DNA of 64,000 nucleotides. It comes from Lingula anatina (Eukaryota; Animalia; Brachiopoda). The first letter of the stretch is position 1. Each line of letters starts with the position of its first letter. Positions 27,801-40,096 of this stretch are shown here, piece after piece. Both the position numbers and the translations under genes were made by a program. The notes under the pieces are model-generated. The model saw nothing but the letters and a program-made list of their open reading frames with translations. It was not told the origin of the DNA and made no database searches. The stretch is taken from positions 1,922,001 to 1,986,000 of the forward strand of contig CM120642.1 in the NCBI GenBank assembly GCA_051362555.1, read 5' to 3'.

Positions 27801-30800
27801 CTTACTGAGCATGACACACAAGGGACAGATTGATAGTGCCCATGTATGTACAGCCCGGGAGCCACCGGCTCATATGACGGTTATTTTGGAGAATATTAGA
27901 TTTGGCCTCGTTTTCAAAACTTGAAGTGGCGGCCGTCCTAAATATGGCGGGAGAAGCAGGCATAGAGACAGGTAAGATGAACAGACGTTTATACGCTGAT
28001 ATGTTGATAATTTTACTAATGCACTTGACAGAACGATAAAGTATGTTCTGAAGCTATATTTTATATACCATAGTAGTGTTTAGGTATCGGTTTCACTGAA
28101 TCTTCTATCAAGTTACTGTCGTGTTCCAAAATGGCGGCACACAGAACCCAAATGTAAACACGTTCTTTTGAATTGTGCCAAATGCAGATAACAATGATTT
28201 TTCTTTATCTGTTCAGTTTTTTTAATAGTTTGACATATGTTTTTGAACAGGTAAAAAATTTATGTAGGAACCTAACCTGTAACTTATCGATTTTCTACAT
28301 TTCCGACAGGTAGTATATTTTGCAATGTTCCGAGTAACTACATGGGCAGTCTTGTGTTACATCTTGAATGAATGTCGAAGTTTAATATTGAATTTTTGCA
28401 TTTTCATGCAATTTTTTGGTGTTTTGAAGTTAACTAGATTAAATGCTTCATGAAATGACAGTGTGTGTGGTTGGGGCGATCACAGTAGAGTGAATGTGGG
28501 GGCAGTCTTGCCTCATGTCTTGTATGAATGTCACAATAAAATATTGAGAATTTGCCTTCTTATGCTTTTTTTTTTGTGCTTTGATGTTTATTAACAGAAA
28601 TGGCCCGCAAAATGACATGTAGTATACTTGATTCTGTATAGATAGATATATTATGAGAGGGGGATAGGTCACTTTTGAGGATGTAAAAGCCATTTTTTAG
28701 ATATTCTACATTATCCTTTTCATGCTATTTATTTGCATTTTGATTTAAGTAAGATGAAAAAAAAACAAAAAAAGTAATATTTTGAAATTTCCATGAAAAA
28801 GGATTGAAACTTGTATAAACTGATAGAAAATATTTATCAGTTATTTATTATTATCATGTACAAGAATGCCCAATAAATAATAGGTTCAATATTTTATCTA
28901 CCTTTTTATACTTTCAGTGACCTATAGTGTTGACAGTTCAAAGGCTTGTATTATAACAATTAAGATGTCAGTGTTCCACAGCTGAATATACATGTACATT
29001 GCCAAGTAGTAAGTAGCTTTTCATATCAATTTATTGGTATATATCACTTGAACATATTTTTTATTTTATCATAAATTGAATAATATATCATGCCCAAGAG
29101 AAAGCTTAGCTAGGACATTTACCCATGTGTTTTCCTTGTGGTCCCTGTCCAAGGTGTGGGAAAGTCTATTTATAGTTGTTGGATGTTGATGTCAGTGAAA
29201 AGCAATGTTATCTGCCCTGCATGTGTGTGCATGGGGTGAGTGTGGGGCCACACATGCTTGTAAATTATAGTTGTGAAAGATACAAAATTGAAAACCAACC
29301 ACGAGCATCTTTTCAAAAATATGAATAACAAATTTTGACTTTTAACATGTTTGCTTCTTTGGCAGGGTACAAATGTACAATATCAATATGGGGGAAAACT
29401 TGTTAGTCAAAATAAGTTTTATTACATTTTTACCCCCATTTGTTGACCATTTGCAATACATACGTACATACATACTGTGCATCATAAAATGCCAAGTGCT
29501 ATAACATTGTGTATATGTTTTCAAATTGTGATAGCCATATCATAGGCAATTTTTTGTTAGAAGGAACAGTTTAGTTTTGTTTAAAATCTCCCACACACAC
29601 AACACATGGGTTATAAGTATGTGAGGGGAAAATGTTTCATGAAAAAAAGAACATTATATCAACAAAACTCCTCCTTTGTTTTATAGTGTATTATAGTTGT
29701 GAACACTGTAGTTTGTAGACTTCAATATTGATACACTTTAAGAGTACTATTTTAGATAAATCGATTGATACCAGCTTCCCTATTATCAAGATTGTGGTTT
29801 ATTATTTATGCTGATTTTAGTGCGTGTTGTTGTTGTTGTTGTTGTGTGTGTGTGTAAAGATATATGCAGGTAAAAATGTTTTTGAATGTTACCTTTTCAA
29901 ACTTTTTAATGCTTTAATCTAATATTTTTCTAGGCTTGAAGAACATGAAAGGGACCAGGATTAATCATTTTGCCATTCCTTGGCAATTATGACAGAAGCT
30001 CAGAAGTTACTTAATCCTTTTAAAACTGAAAACATGCTTTTAAAACTTGGTTACAGTTATTTCTAATGAATAAAATACATTAACAGATTCATGTAATATA
30101 ATTAAATGTGCAAGTTTTTAAATGAAGTTTGGCTGTGAAATCACCACTATGACACTTACAAAATAAATTCAAATGAAAATATAGACTGGTACAGGACTAA
30201 CTGGTATCAGTGAAATAAATTGCTGATTCCAGGTAAATTTATGAAATTATATAAATTGTTTATATTGATCCTGTTTTTAAAAGGAGTAGTGTGTCCTGTG
30301 GCTATAACTCTATGTTATGATCAAGAAGTGTAAAATATAATTGCCATATCAATGTGTTGCAAAAGTAAAAAATAATTTTTGCCACAAATATACATGTATA
30401 TTTGCATCAGCTTTAATTCCTGTTGGCTGTCACAATATTGATATTTTTGTTGATGATATTATGTTTTAAATATTATATAGTTGTTCATATGTAAAAAAAA
30501 ACAAATTCAGTTGATAAAAGTCTTGTTTGTTTTGTTTTTATTAGTCTTTCAATAAAAAGAAACTGGCAGCGGGTGGCCTCGTGTAATAGATAAATGCTTA
30601 TTTACCAAAAAAAAAAATGAAATGTTCATTTCCTCCATTCTTCCTGTGCAAGATTCTCTTCTCTATATAGAAAATATTGTGCGGGTGGGGAATTCAAAAC
30701 GAGGTTAGAATATAACAAGAATGTACTAAGTCAAAACGAGGCTGGCTTACGGTTGTTGCAAGTACGACTTTTTTTTACATACACGGGTGTGAATTGATTT

Positions 30801-31379
30801 GTGCCATTCCTGGATAACGGTAAAGTTCCTTACATGCTTACATTGGCAGAAAGCTGAATAAATTTGCCACAACTTACTGATAATTCGAAGTTGGAACCTG
30901 TTCTCTAAGAATGCAAGCATTAGAGGTAAAGTTGAACTCCAGTTACAGCTTTGGTAAAACTTCGATTTCAAATTCACTTTTGAACACAAAATATGGTTTA
31001 GATCAACTCGAGGAACATCTCACATCATTTGAAATTTATTTCTAAAGATGACAGTATACATAATAAGACTCTCATACCCTTATTACTCGAGATATTCTAC
31101 CGTTTCTGACACCCTATAAATTTCACAAAAATGCACGCAATTCTGTTTATTAGATCTTAGATTAAAATAATGGGGAAAATATATACAGGATATTTTAGTG
31201 TCAGTGTCGATAACACATCACATTGCATTAGTTGAGCCTCATGCAATGTTTACACAGATTACACAGTTGAAGGGCAAGGTCGTGACATACTTTCTAACAA
31301 AATGGCTGACTTGGCACATTTGGCAGATTCTGTCAATAGCAGTGTAGACATTTTTCGTCGATTTAAAAGGTATGTTTTA

Positions 31380-31594
31380 GTAAAATAAAGATAGTTGGTC
31401 TCTCAGGGAGATTGCATGGATTTTGTTCGTAGCAGGCGCGATGTCAACTTTGATAAAGTCTGTTATGTAATCTATTGATTCAGCATCACTTAAATCATCA
31501 AAAGCAAACATACATCTTCTAAAATTCTCTTTCTAATCATTCTACGCCTGTGAAATCTCATAGGATTTACTTCCAAAGCAAACAGGTTCGCCAT
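31380..31594 (-). pseudogene. Decayed Harbinger (HARBI1-like) transposase N-terminus
   Basis: MANLFALEVNPMRFHRRRMIRKRI, then a frameshift, then FAFDDLSDAE..SIDYITDFIKVDIAPATNKIHAISLRDQL and a stop. This follows the recalled N-terminal pattern of Harbinger transposases. Confidence 0.65.
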
Positions 31595-31928
31595 TTTTGA
31601 TGATTTAACAGCATGATAGCAGATTTATCCCACCTATTTCGAGCGGACAACTTTATCCTCTGAATAAGCTGATTTATCCTCTGGATAACGCTATCCACTG
31701 TTGATGAAACGCACTATCCTCTGGACAGCTCTATCCAGAGGATAGCGGCCATTTTTAGCCATAGGATAGCGCTATCCAGCCTTGATGAAACCGGGCCCTG
31801 GAGTTTGCATAATACAATAAGATAACCTGCAGATTGCAGGTTTATTGTAAAGCACTGGTAGTTTTTGAGGAGTGTAACTAGTGTAAACTGGCTTTTAAAT
31901 CATTCGATCATACAAAAGATACTTCTGT

Positions 31929-34900
31929 TCATTCTCCGTATATATCATTTTCAGTCATCTCTATTTCGTCAATGGTATCGTCTGGATTTCCTTCATGCTG
32001 CTGACGATACTTCTTCTTTTTTGCCATGTCTACTTTTCCATAAAGTTGGGAAATGTCGTCTTCACTTAAAGCGCTGTCAGTGACTTTGTTGCCACTGTCA
32101 TTGTCGCTTTTGGTAGCATCTAGTGACGTAAAGTGAGGAGGAACGTTGACATCATCCATAGTAGAGTAAGTGCCAAAACTTTGCTGGAAGTCTGCGTTTA
32201 AATCTGCTCCATCATCGCGGTCAATACTTGCATAAGTTCCGCTTCCTATCATGTTGCTGTTTCTGTCTGAAACTCTGTGCCCAGCATCGACGCCATTTGT
32301 GCCTCCTACCACGATGTTTTCATTCATGACGTTGTCAATTTCAGCAGATCCTGTTTGTGCTTGTCCGCCATGATTTGCCTGTTTTGAGCCGTGAGCTGTC
32401 CTAATTACCAATCCCTTGTAATAAGGACGAGTTTCTCTTTTCGGTGTCTGGGAATCCAGACCGTCTTGCCCTTCTGTCGCAACATGGTCATAGTAAGACC
32501 CGGCTGACTCGCCAGTATATTGAACAGAGGCCTTGGTGATATGTGTATTAGTCTTTCTTTTCCTGAATTAAATGAGATATTGTTAAACACCAGGGCCGTA
32601 GCCTGAGCAAAAGGCCGGGGGGGGGGGGGGGGGGCGGGGGGGGGGGGGGCAGTAAGCGGACACAAGGGGACGAATCCCCCGAAGGGGGAGGGGGTGTCCC
32701 CATACCAGTGTGGAAAATTCTAAATCCCAGGGGGGGCAGCTGCCCTCCCCCCCCAGCCCCCTGGAGGCTACGGCCGTGAACTCCTGCATAGACCAAAGAC
32801 AATGAGAAGTTCCATTGGTTAAAATGTTATCTAAACATATGACATTTGAAACTGTTATAAATCATGCCTCAATGCTGCCAATCGAATTTTTTTAAAAAAT
32901 ACCACAGAAGTCATGTTATAAGTATACGACTGATAGGTCTTATCAAAATTCAAGCCATAACGAATTGCGAAAATTCGATGGTAATGTTTTAAACTGATTT
33001 AAGTCTGATTACTGGAATTATAACATGCACAGGTAATCCTCGAGACAAATGGGCCTTCTTACCTCCTCCACCAAAAACCGACACCGACAGTTACCAAGAT
33101 GATGATCATGACTATTGAACATCCGACAGCAATACCTGCTATCATCCCTGAAGTATATAGATACATATTTTGTCGTCTCATTTCAGAAATATTTTGTACT
33201 ACGTTATAGGCCCGTAGCCAGGGGAGTTCGGGGGTTCAAAATAATCCCCCTTTTTACTTGGAAAAGGTCCACTTACATGAGGATTTTATGTCAAAAGGTC
33301 CACTTTTTCAGAAAACCATATCCCCACCCTCTCTGAAATTGCTGGCTACGGGCCTGCGTTAAATACCTTTTTTTCAATTCAAATATTTATTAATGCCTTT
33401 TAAGCTTATGTAAATATATAAAACTACCCGCAATTTCAATTTTATTTTACCAGTGGTGAAAATAAAAGCTAAAAGTAAACATTCAGTTTGCTCTAATCAA
33501 TTTTGATAAAGTGTAATTATCTAGATGCTTATCTAAAGGCAGCACTGAGGGTCTGCAATGATGTGGGTAATATGTTTTTCTATAGTGAACTATCCATTTG
33601 CTGTGTTATTTTGATATTCAATCATAAAATTTTCGCATTAAGCAATAATCGTATCGTAAAATGCTTTCAGTTTTATTATGATAAAGAACGGAAAAATTAA
33701 TTAATGATTAAATACCAGGAGACATTGGTTCAACTGTCTTCCCACCAGCATAGGGCACTTTATTACCTAAAATGGAAATGGAGCATTTAAAACATGATGG
33801 CCTGTTCATTTATCAGGTGTACAAAGGGATGTGCGATTTTCAGTTATAACCTCCAGTTCAATATGTTATCTTTAAATATCCCATGTAAGCTCTTTTTACG
33901 ACAACACTAATAATTTGTAAAGCTGTATGTCGTGTTTATAATTATACCACCAGTACTTCTAACGCTACTGTTTATAATATAATAAGTTAAATCAAAATAT
34001 ACAGGTTAAGAAGTGTGATAGATTTATGATTAATGTGTTTTATTGAAAAAGTTCACAAATTAAGTTCAAAGATTTAAAAAAATAGAAAGAAAGTGCATGT
34101 AATCTTTTGGCAAACCCTCTTTCAGATGGCACACATTCGATAAGCATTATTATTATTTGTAGTGGTGGTAATTGAATGAGATTCAAAATATTAAGAGAGA
34201 AATAGAAAACAAAATTGTTGAAGTCTTAAGAAGAAATAGACATGGTATTGATCAAGGGCTGTATATTTATTAAGTTCAGAAGATCTTCTGATGAAAATTA
34301 TTATTATTATTATAATTCTTATTTTGTATTTTTAGTTAGATGAGCACTATTAATATTGTCATAGCTTGGAACAAAAAAAAAGTGGGAAAAGCTAGGGAGA
34401 ATACTTTTACACGTAGTTGGCGATGGATGTGGTAAAAGGTGACAAAGGTGTGAATAGTAACTAAATAGCCTCACTCTTGTCAGTGCTTCCTCTCACAGTG
34501 ACTGTCTCAGTGACTGCTGACGTCACATTTACGCCATCGGTCTTAGAAATGGGGGTAACTGTAGAGCCATCTGTAACACAGGACACAAACCATTTTAGAA
34601 AAAAGGACACTAGTGCTTTTTACGAACAACGTGTATTGTTTTACTGTATTGCGTCAATGTTGAAGCAAAATTTAATTAGAGATAAAAAGCCGAACACGCC
34701 AGTACCTGTTGTTGTTCTGTAATCTTTTGTTGAAGGATTTAAAGTCACGATCTTGGTGGTAGGCATGCTTGTCATGGGAGCATCTAAAAAGTAAAGTGTC
34801 AAAAAGTTTTTTAAAAGAGGCTTGTCGAAGGATGTGGAACCCACAACACTTGAAAGAAAAGACAGAAGCATCTTTTAAGTGAACCTAGCGTTTTTAACTT

Positions 34901-37900
34901 AAAACGACACGAGGTGTTGGTCAGTGAAGTATTTATAAAAGATAAAGAAAAAGGAGGGTAAACTCCGATTTCGCCAGCCTCTTGATGCACACTAAAATTT
35001 GGGCATAATTAAGCTCAGCACCTGTGCTTTCATTCATGGGCACATTATATGGCACGAAGAAATATGTATTTTCTCGGTTTATATACAATTTGAAGTGAAG
35101 TTCAATATACTCAACGTACTTCCGTCTTGGGAATTCAACTCCCTAAGCACAGAATTGCCCTACCCTAGGTTCTACATTTCAGTATTGCCAGCTTGATCTT
35201 GATTTCATATGTAACCCATATCAGCAGTACTGACTACTGTTAAGCTCCCCATGCAAAGGTATGAATAGTGAGCAAGCTAGCTTTATAGTGCCCTGACACT
35301 CGGGGCACCTCACCCCTGTGTCACATGATATACTGAACAAAAATATAAACGCACGAAACTAAAATGGACAGTTGAAATGAATAATCATGAAATATGCCCA
35401 GGTTGATGGTTTATTTGTGAACTGATGGATTTGTTTTGATCAATTACAGTCGTCTGGTTTCACTTGGCCGCTCCCCGTGAGTATACTCAAAGGTTCAGTT
35501 TTTACACCCATAAGACTATTGGAGCATGATGGAGTAGAGGTCAATCTGCAAGACTAATACTCGGACACTCTCTACCGTCTAGGCAATAAAAGGACACACC
35601 AAAAAGTGTATTTCTGCCACTTATCAACATGCCACAGATGTCTGGAACCATGCTGGCTTGTCAGTAACAGAAGTTGCAGCATGCCTGAATGTGCATCATT
35701 CCACTGCCGTCTGTGAACACGCTTCAGAGACACTGGTAGCAATTGGAACCACCCTCATGCACCAACAAACACCTGTGGAATGTTCTGGATCAGAGTTTTC
35801 AGCCATCATGTTCCAGCTCTCGAAAATGTTCGCCAACTGCAAGAAGCACTCCAGGAGGAATGGGATAATATCCCTTAGGCCTCTATTGACAACTTATATG
35901 ATATCCATGCCCTGCTGGTATACTGCTCTGCACAAATTTAATGGTGTCTGTGTGTTTTTGTGTGTTTTTTTTGTGCGTGTATGTGGAGGTTGTTGAGTAA
36001 AGTTGAACCCATATTAATAAGATATGAATAGCTTCATTTATTAAAAAAAAATCAGTTAAATTCAGTTGTGTCTTTCTTTACCCGATGTAACTGGACGATT
36101 TCCTTCAGTTGACCAAGTTGTTGCTCCTGTAATGAAAAATACTAAGCTTTAAAACTAAGGCAAGTTTTTAATCACAAAACTACTTTGAGCTCAGCTGTGT
36201 TATGTTATAAGAATATAAGTATTTTTTCTTCAAACAACAGCTTAATATTGAAATTGTAATCCCTGGTGAAGATCCTCTTATATACATCTAAAAATTGTAG
36301 GTAAACAATGTCAATATTAAGCTGTTGACTAAGGAAAAAATCATTTATTCTTTAGAACTGAATTTCGTCACTTAATTACATTCCTGTTAATATACATATG
36401 CGTCAGTGCATCAGTTTTGCGAGATAACCAATCGACCGCAAAGCACATGCTTGTCACGCTTCCTTTAATATCTTTTTGCGAGTGTTTCAAATTTCTATAA
36501 CATTGTTTGCTTGTTTTCTCGCTGTAAGTTAAACATTTTTCTGAGATCCTGGATGAATGTTTAAATATGTATTCAGATACAGACTGGCTCACCTAGTGGA
36601 TATTCACAGATATACGGCAGTGTCTCGCTGCAATCTTTCATCGCCCAGCTTCTGGTGACGTCACTTGCAGCTCCTTCCAGTGCAAGACACGCTAGTCCTG
36701 TGTTATATGGTGGATACATGATCGGTCTCCAAAACATCAGGTTAATGGGGTTATCTGTAACAATGCCGTATTAGCATTCACTCATACATATTGTACTTTA
36801 GACTCATTGATATTTGCAAGTGACTCAAACGAAGAGTTAGGAACGTAAAAATAATAATTGACGACATTATGTGTTCTGTATATTATTATAGAACCTATAA
36901 TGGAATGATATTATGAATAATGGATTAAATTACCATTAACATTCTGGATTTTTAAATAAACTTTGCTTGAAAAAGCAATCAAACAAAACCAATAAAATAT
37001 TAAGTTTTACCGTCTATAGACAGAAGATTATTAGTTAAATTCCAATAATCCTTTTACTACATTCCCTTACCGTCCACCCATCTCCATTCACTGTGAACCA
37101 ATCCGATCCAATGATACCGGGGCCCACTGTTATTGTTAAGTCTATTTTCCACGTTTTTCTGCACTGTGTCGTTGTCTATTTTCAGTAGTTTTCCTCCAGC
37201 TTCTCTGCATAACCTGTGACCCTCAAACCAGGTGACTATTTTAGATGGGATACTGATGAAAACACACACCTCGTCCTTTATGTCTGTCCATCTGCTGTTG
37301 TTCTGAACCCAATTGAAATTATGATTACCTTCACATACTTGGCTTTTCTTGTCTGAAAATGTAGGACTTAGTCTATGTATGTTAAACAGGCCATTCGCAC
37401 TTTAAAGAAAGAAACATTCTATTTTAACGTAAACGTGAATAAACTTAATTAAATTTATATAAGTATATAAGGAGTTATAGAAAGTTATGGTGAGATCAAA
37501 CGAAGGCTTGAATATTGAGATGGATGGTGTGGGGGACGCTAAACCTTCCTCGTGGCAGACATCCAAGAAGAAGAAGAAGAAATTAAGAGTTAAAAATACT
37601 TATCTCTCACATGCCTTTTCAGTCTACTTTTCTTGTATTATTCGGTAAGACATTTCATGTTCGGTCACCTATATGGACTTGAAATAGCATTTTCCTTTTA
37701 AATCATGATTTAAATATCCTATGACAGCAACTTTACCTGCTTCACAAATGACACCAGATTCCTGTGTCTGTAAGTATTCTCTGTCCACCCATGGAAAAGT
37801 GTCTGAGGTGTTTGTCACCCTCAGTAGCGATACTGCAGGCTGGAACTTATTAGGTTCATTATTTGTATCTGGTTGTTGCTTATTATTAGGAGATGTTTGA

Positions 37901-39904
37901 GGACCGCTCCACTTTGCATATGTTGTTGCTGAAAAGATATGCGTTTATAGACTGTCGCTACAGTTAACAGATATTCGTGGCGCTGGGAGGGGTTAGCTGA
38001 TCACTGTCTTAGATGAGGTTACACTTTAATACATGCTTATGGCAGAATGCAGTGCGTGTGAAGTGTGTGCATAAGGGTTGTGGAGAGAGAGAGAGAGAGG
38101 GGGGGAGGGGGGAAGAGGGGTATCTTAAAATAAGTTTTCTATACATTGTTTTACATACCAGTTAAGGCCCCCTCCTGGTCTATCCACATCCAGTCTGTTA
38201 AATTCACCTCCTTGCCACCAAGCCAAACCTCTGATGATGTTAATGTTTGCAGAAATATGTGAGTGTCTCTGTCCCTGATGACAGCCAGTCTACCGTTGCA
38301 AGTTTTATTACAATGTTCCAAGGCGCTCTGCCACATCGTTGCGTTAGTGTTCACAAAGTAACATGTTCCATTACGACAACCTGAAAGATATCACATACAT
38401 GTGTATTTTAGCCTCGGCATATATACCACACCTTAGCCAGTAGGCCTAATACTATCAATCAAGTACTGAATATCCAAATTTGTTATTGCTTAATATGCTT
38501 TTTTTTCTTTTTGTGAAGCGAAATATCTGCTCTCCGCTATGTATATTTTCGAATGAAATTGAAGCGAATTTGTACAGTTAAAACCTACTGTTCCCTTTCA
38601 GAATAGTATATGTTTGATGCCAGAAAAGTACGAAACTTTTAAAGCTCACCCATGCTTTGCAAATTGACTGAACGCGCAAGTATTTACCTCCAATATATAC
38701 AGTATATCGTTAGATATAAACCCTTCACGCTTCAAGCATCTGCAACATTTTAATGTAGGCTGTCATTGCGGAATTATAAAAGTGAAAGTATATCGCTGAC
38801 TCAAAGAATGACTCACGTTGCTTTACTCTGGAGACAGGATATCCAGCAAAATCATATAGACTGTAGGTGTCCGAAGAGGCAACCCCACAAACAAAATTTG
38901 TGCAAAATTGTTTGTAAATAATAACTTTAGCTGACTCGTCACATCATAGTTTTTAGTATGATGAGTCTTATTAAATATTTGATATATATTTTTTATCCCT
39001 AAGGCCATTACACTTAATACAGACAAGAATTTGTTACATTGTTATTGTTGTTAAAATGGTTAGGATAGACTAGGGGCGGATTCAGATATATTTTCTGACA
39101 GTCTTCCAAATTATCTTTGTTGATCCATCCTCCATTTTTGACCGTCTTCCGACAGAAAAAAAAGATACCCGTCAATGTAAACTTGAAAATCTGACCGTCT
39201 TTCGGAAGACCCAGAGGACGGCCTAAATCCGCCCCTGGATAGTGGGGTTAAATAATAAAAGCGGCCTTGTTTGGCCAAATCTCGAACAATCGATATTCTT
39301 TTTTGTTGTGGATGGGGCTATAAAATTTCATGGTACATTGGGATGGAGGAGACATAAAATAGCACTTACTGCACTTACGTTCACTCTATGAGAGGCGGAG
39401 TGTGTGTGTTGTAGTAGGTCTTATGGGTCCAGATTAGCAGTACTACTACTGAAGTAAGGAGGCATTCATCTGGGCGTGCTACTAGTATGTGGTTAGCAAA
39501 GGACTACTTGTCACACTTAGGGTTTAACGTTCACATGAGAAGTAGAGTACATTCGAACACTCTTGTTTGGCAAAAATACAACCCCACCCATCCATGCGAC
39601 GCTGCTGTTTTTTTTACTAGTTGATATAAAATTAGTGATTATTTAAGAACATTGATATTTATACTTCTAACTTGTATCATGGCCATGATAAAGCTCACAC
39701 ATTCAGCTGAGCACACGAGGTGCTAGGATACAAAGAAAAAAGTTATATACAAGGTCCTCACTCCCATGTTACACCACATTTCAATGTATTCTACTTACTG
39801 CTTCCTGCTACATTGCAGCCCTGTACACTACCCGGGAGTGGGAGAGCGATCAGTAGCATAGACAACATTGTTATTGCCATGTTACATAAAGTTACTCCTG
39901 CCAT
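31929..39904 (-). CDS. Type I transmembrane receptor with two C-type lectin domains, copy 1 (11 exons, 650 aa, intact)
   Basis: Exons: 39799-39904 signal peptide (MAGVTLCNMAITMLSMLLIALPLPGSVQG); 38159-38380 and 37737-37928 CTLD1 (WLGG, QPD, WVD, ICE); 37071-37352 and 36593-36754 CTLD2 (WIGL, CLAL, DCSETLPYICE); 36082-36126, 34706-34783, 34475-34570, 33716-33766 T/S stalk; 33063-33147 TM (MIAGIAVGCSIVMIIILVTVGVGFWWRR); 31929-32562 cytoplasmic tail. Phases are consistent; total 1953 nt. AATAAA on minus at 31841-31846. Confidence 0.88.
32591..32778. mobile_element. G-rich MITE-like insertion with CAGG termini
   Basis: TIR CAGGGCCGTAGCC / GGCTACGGCCGTG; absent from the same intron in copies 2 and 3; imperfect AACAC/AACTC duplication. 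Confidence 0.75.
33207..33356. mobile_element. MITE with 5-bp TSD
   Basis: TIR AGGCCCGTAGCCAG / CTGGCTACGGGCCT and TSD CGTTA. An empty site ATACGTTAAATAC is present in copy 3 at ~58531. Confidence 0.85.
35329..35960 (+). mobile_element. Degenerate, internally deleted Tc1-like transposon
   Basis: Tc1-type end TACTGAACAAAAATATAAACGC. Transposase fragments AGLSVTEVAACLNVHHST..RFRDTGS (HTH) and KHLWNVLDQ..NVRQLQEALQEEWDNIP*ASIDNL..SMP (C-terminus). Most of the DDE core is missing. Confidence 0.8.
39071..39237. mobile_element. MITE with AGGGGCGGATT termini
   Basis: Inverted ends TAGGGGCGGATTCAG / CTAAATCCGCCCCTG; GATAG duplicated in the flanks; absent from copies 2 and 3. Confidence 0.75.
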
Positions 39905-40057
39905 CTTGTGTCCGTCTACACTTGAATGTCAAGTCATGGTCCTCATGATTTTCTCTTCCGCCTTCCAACACTGACTCACTTAAATCAGGATAAACAGCAA
40001 GCATTACGTACTTTTCTTACTTCTCTTTTTGTGTATGTAAATGCAGAGCGAGTGGAT

Positions 40058-40096
40058 AAAAGACTAACAAAACACCTGTGCGCACTTCCTTTATAG
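40058..40096 (-). promoter_or_regulatory. TATA box and Inr-like motif of receptor copy 1
   Basis: CTATAAAG on minus at 40089-40096, with TTAGTC about 25 nt downstream and the ATG about 190 nt downstream. The same arrangement occurs in copy 2 at ~48320-48358. Confidence 0.55.

Larger units (their letters stand above)
21643..31797 (-). mobile_element. PIF/Harbinger-type DNA transposon (defective, with nested insertions)
   Basis: TIR GGCCCGGTTTCATCAAGGCTGGATAG at both ends. The 3-bp TSD CTG is supported by empty paralogous sites near 41425 and 57260. Subterminal TATCC..GGATA palindromes at both ends; decayed transposase near the right end. Confidence 0.85.

Noticed and set aside
32405-32802. 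Proline/glycine-rich ORFs
   Set aside because: Produced by poly-G tracts of an intronic MITE.
38640-39600. Exon-like conserved segments in intron 1 of the receptor genes
   Set aside because: Splice-like motifs are present, but no frame stays open and phase-compatible in all copies. The signal exon joins CTLD1 directly in phase.
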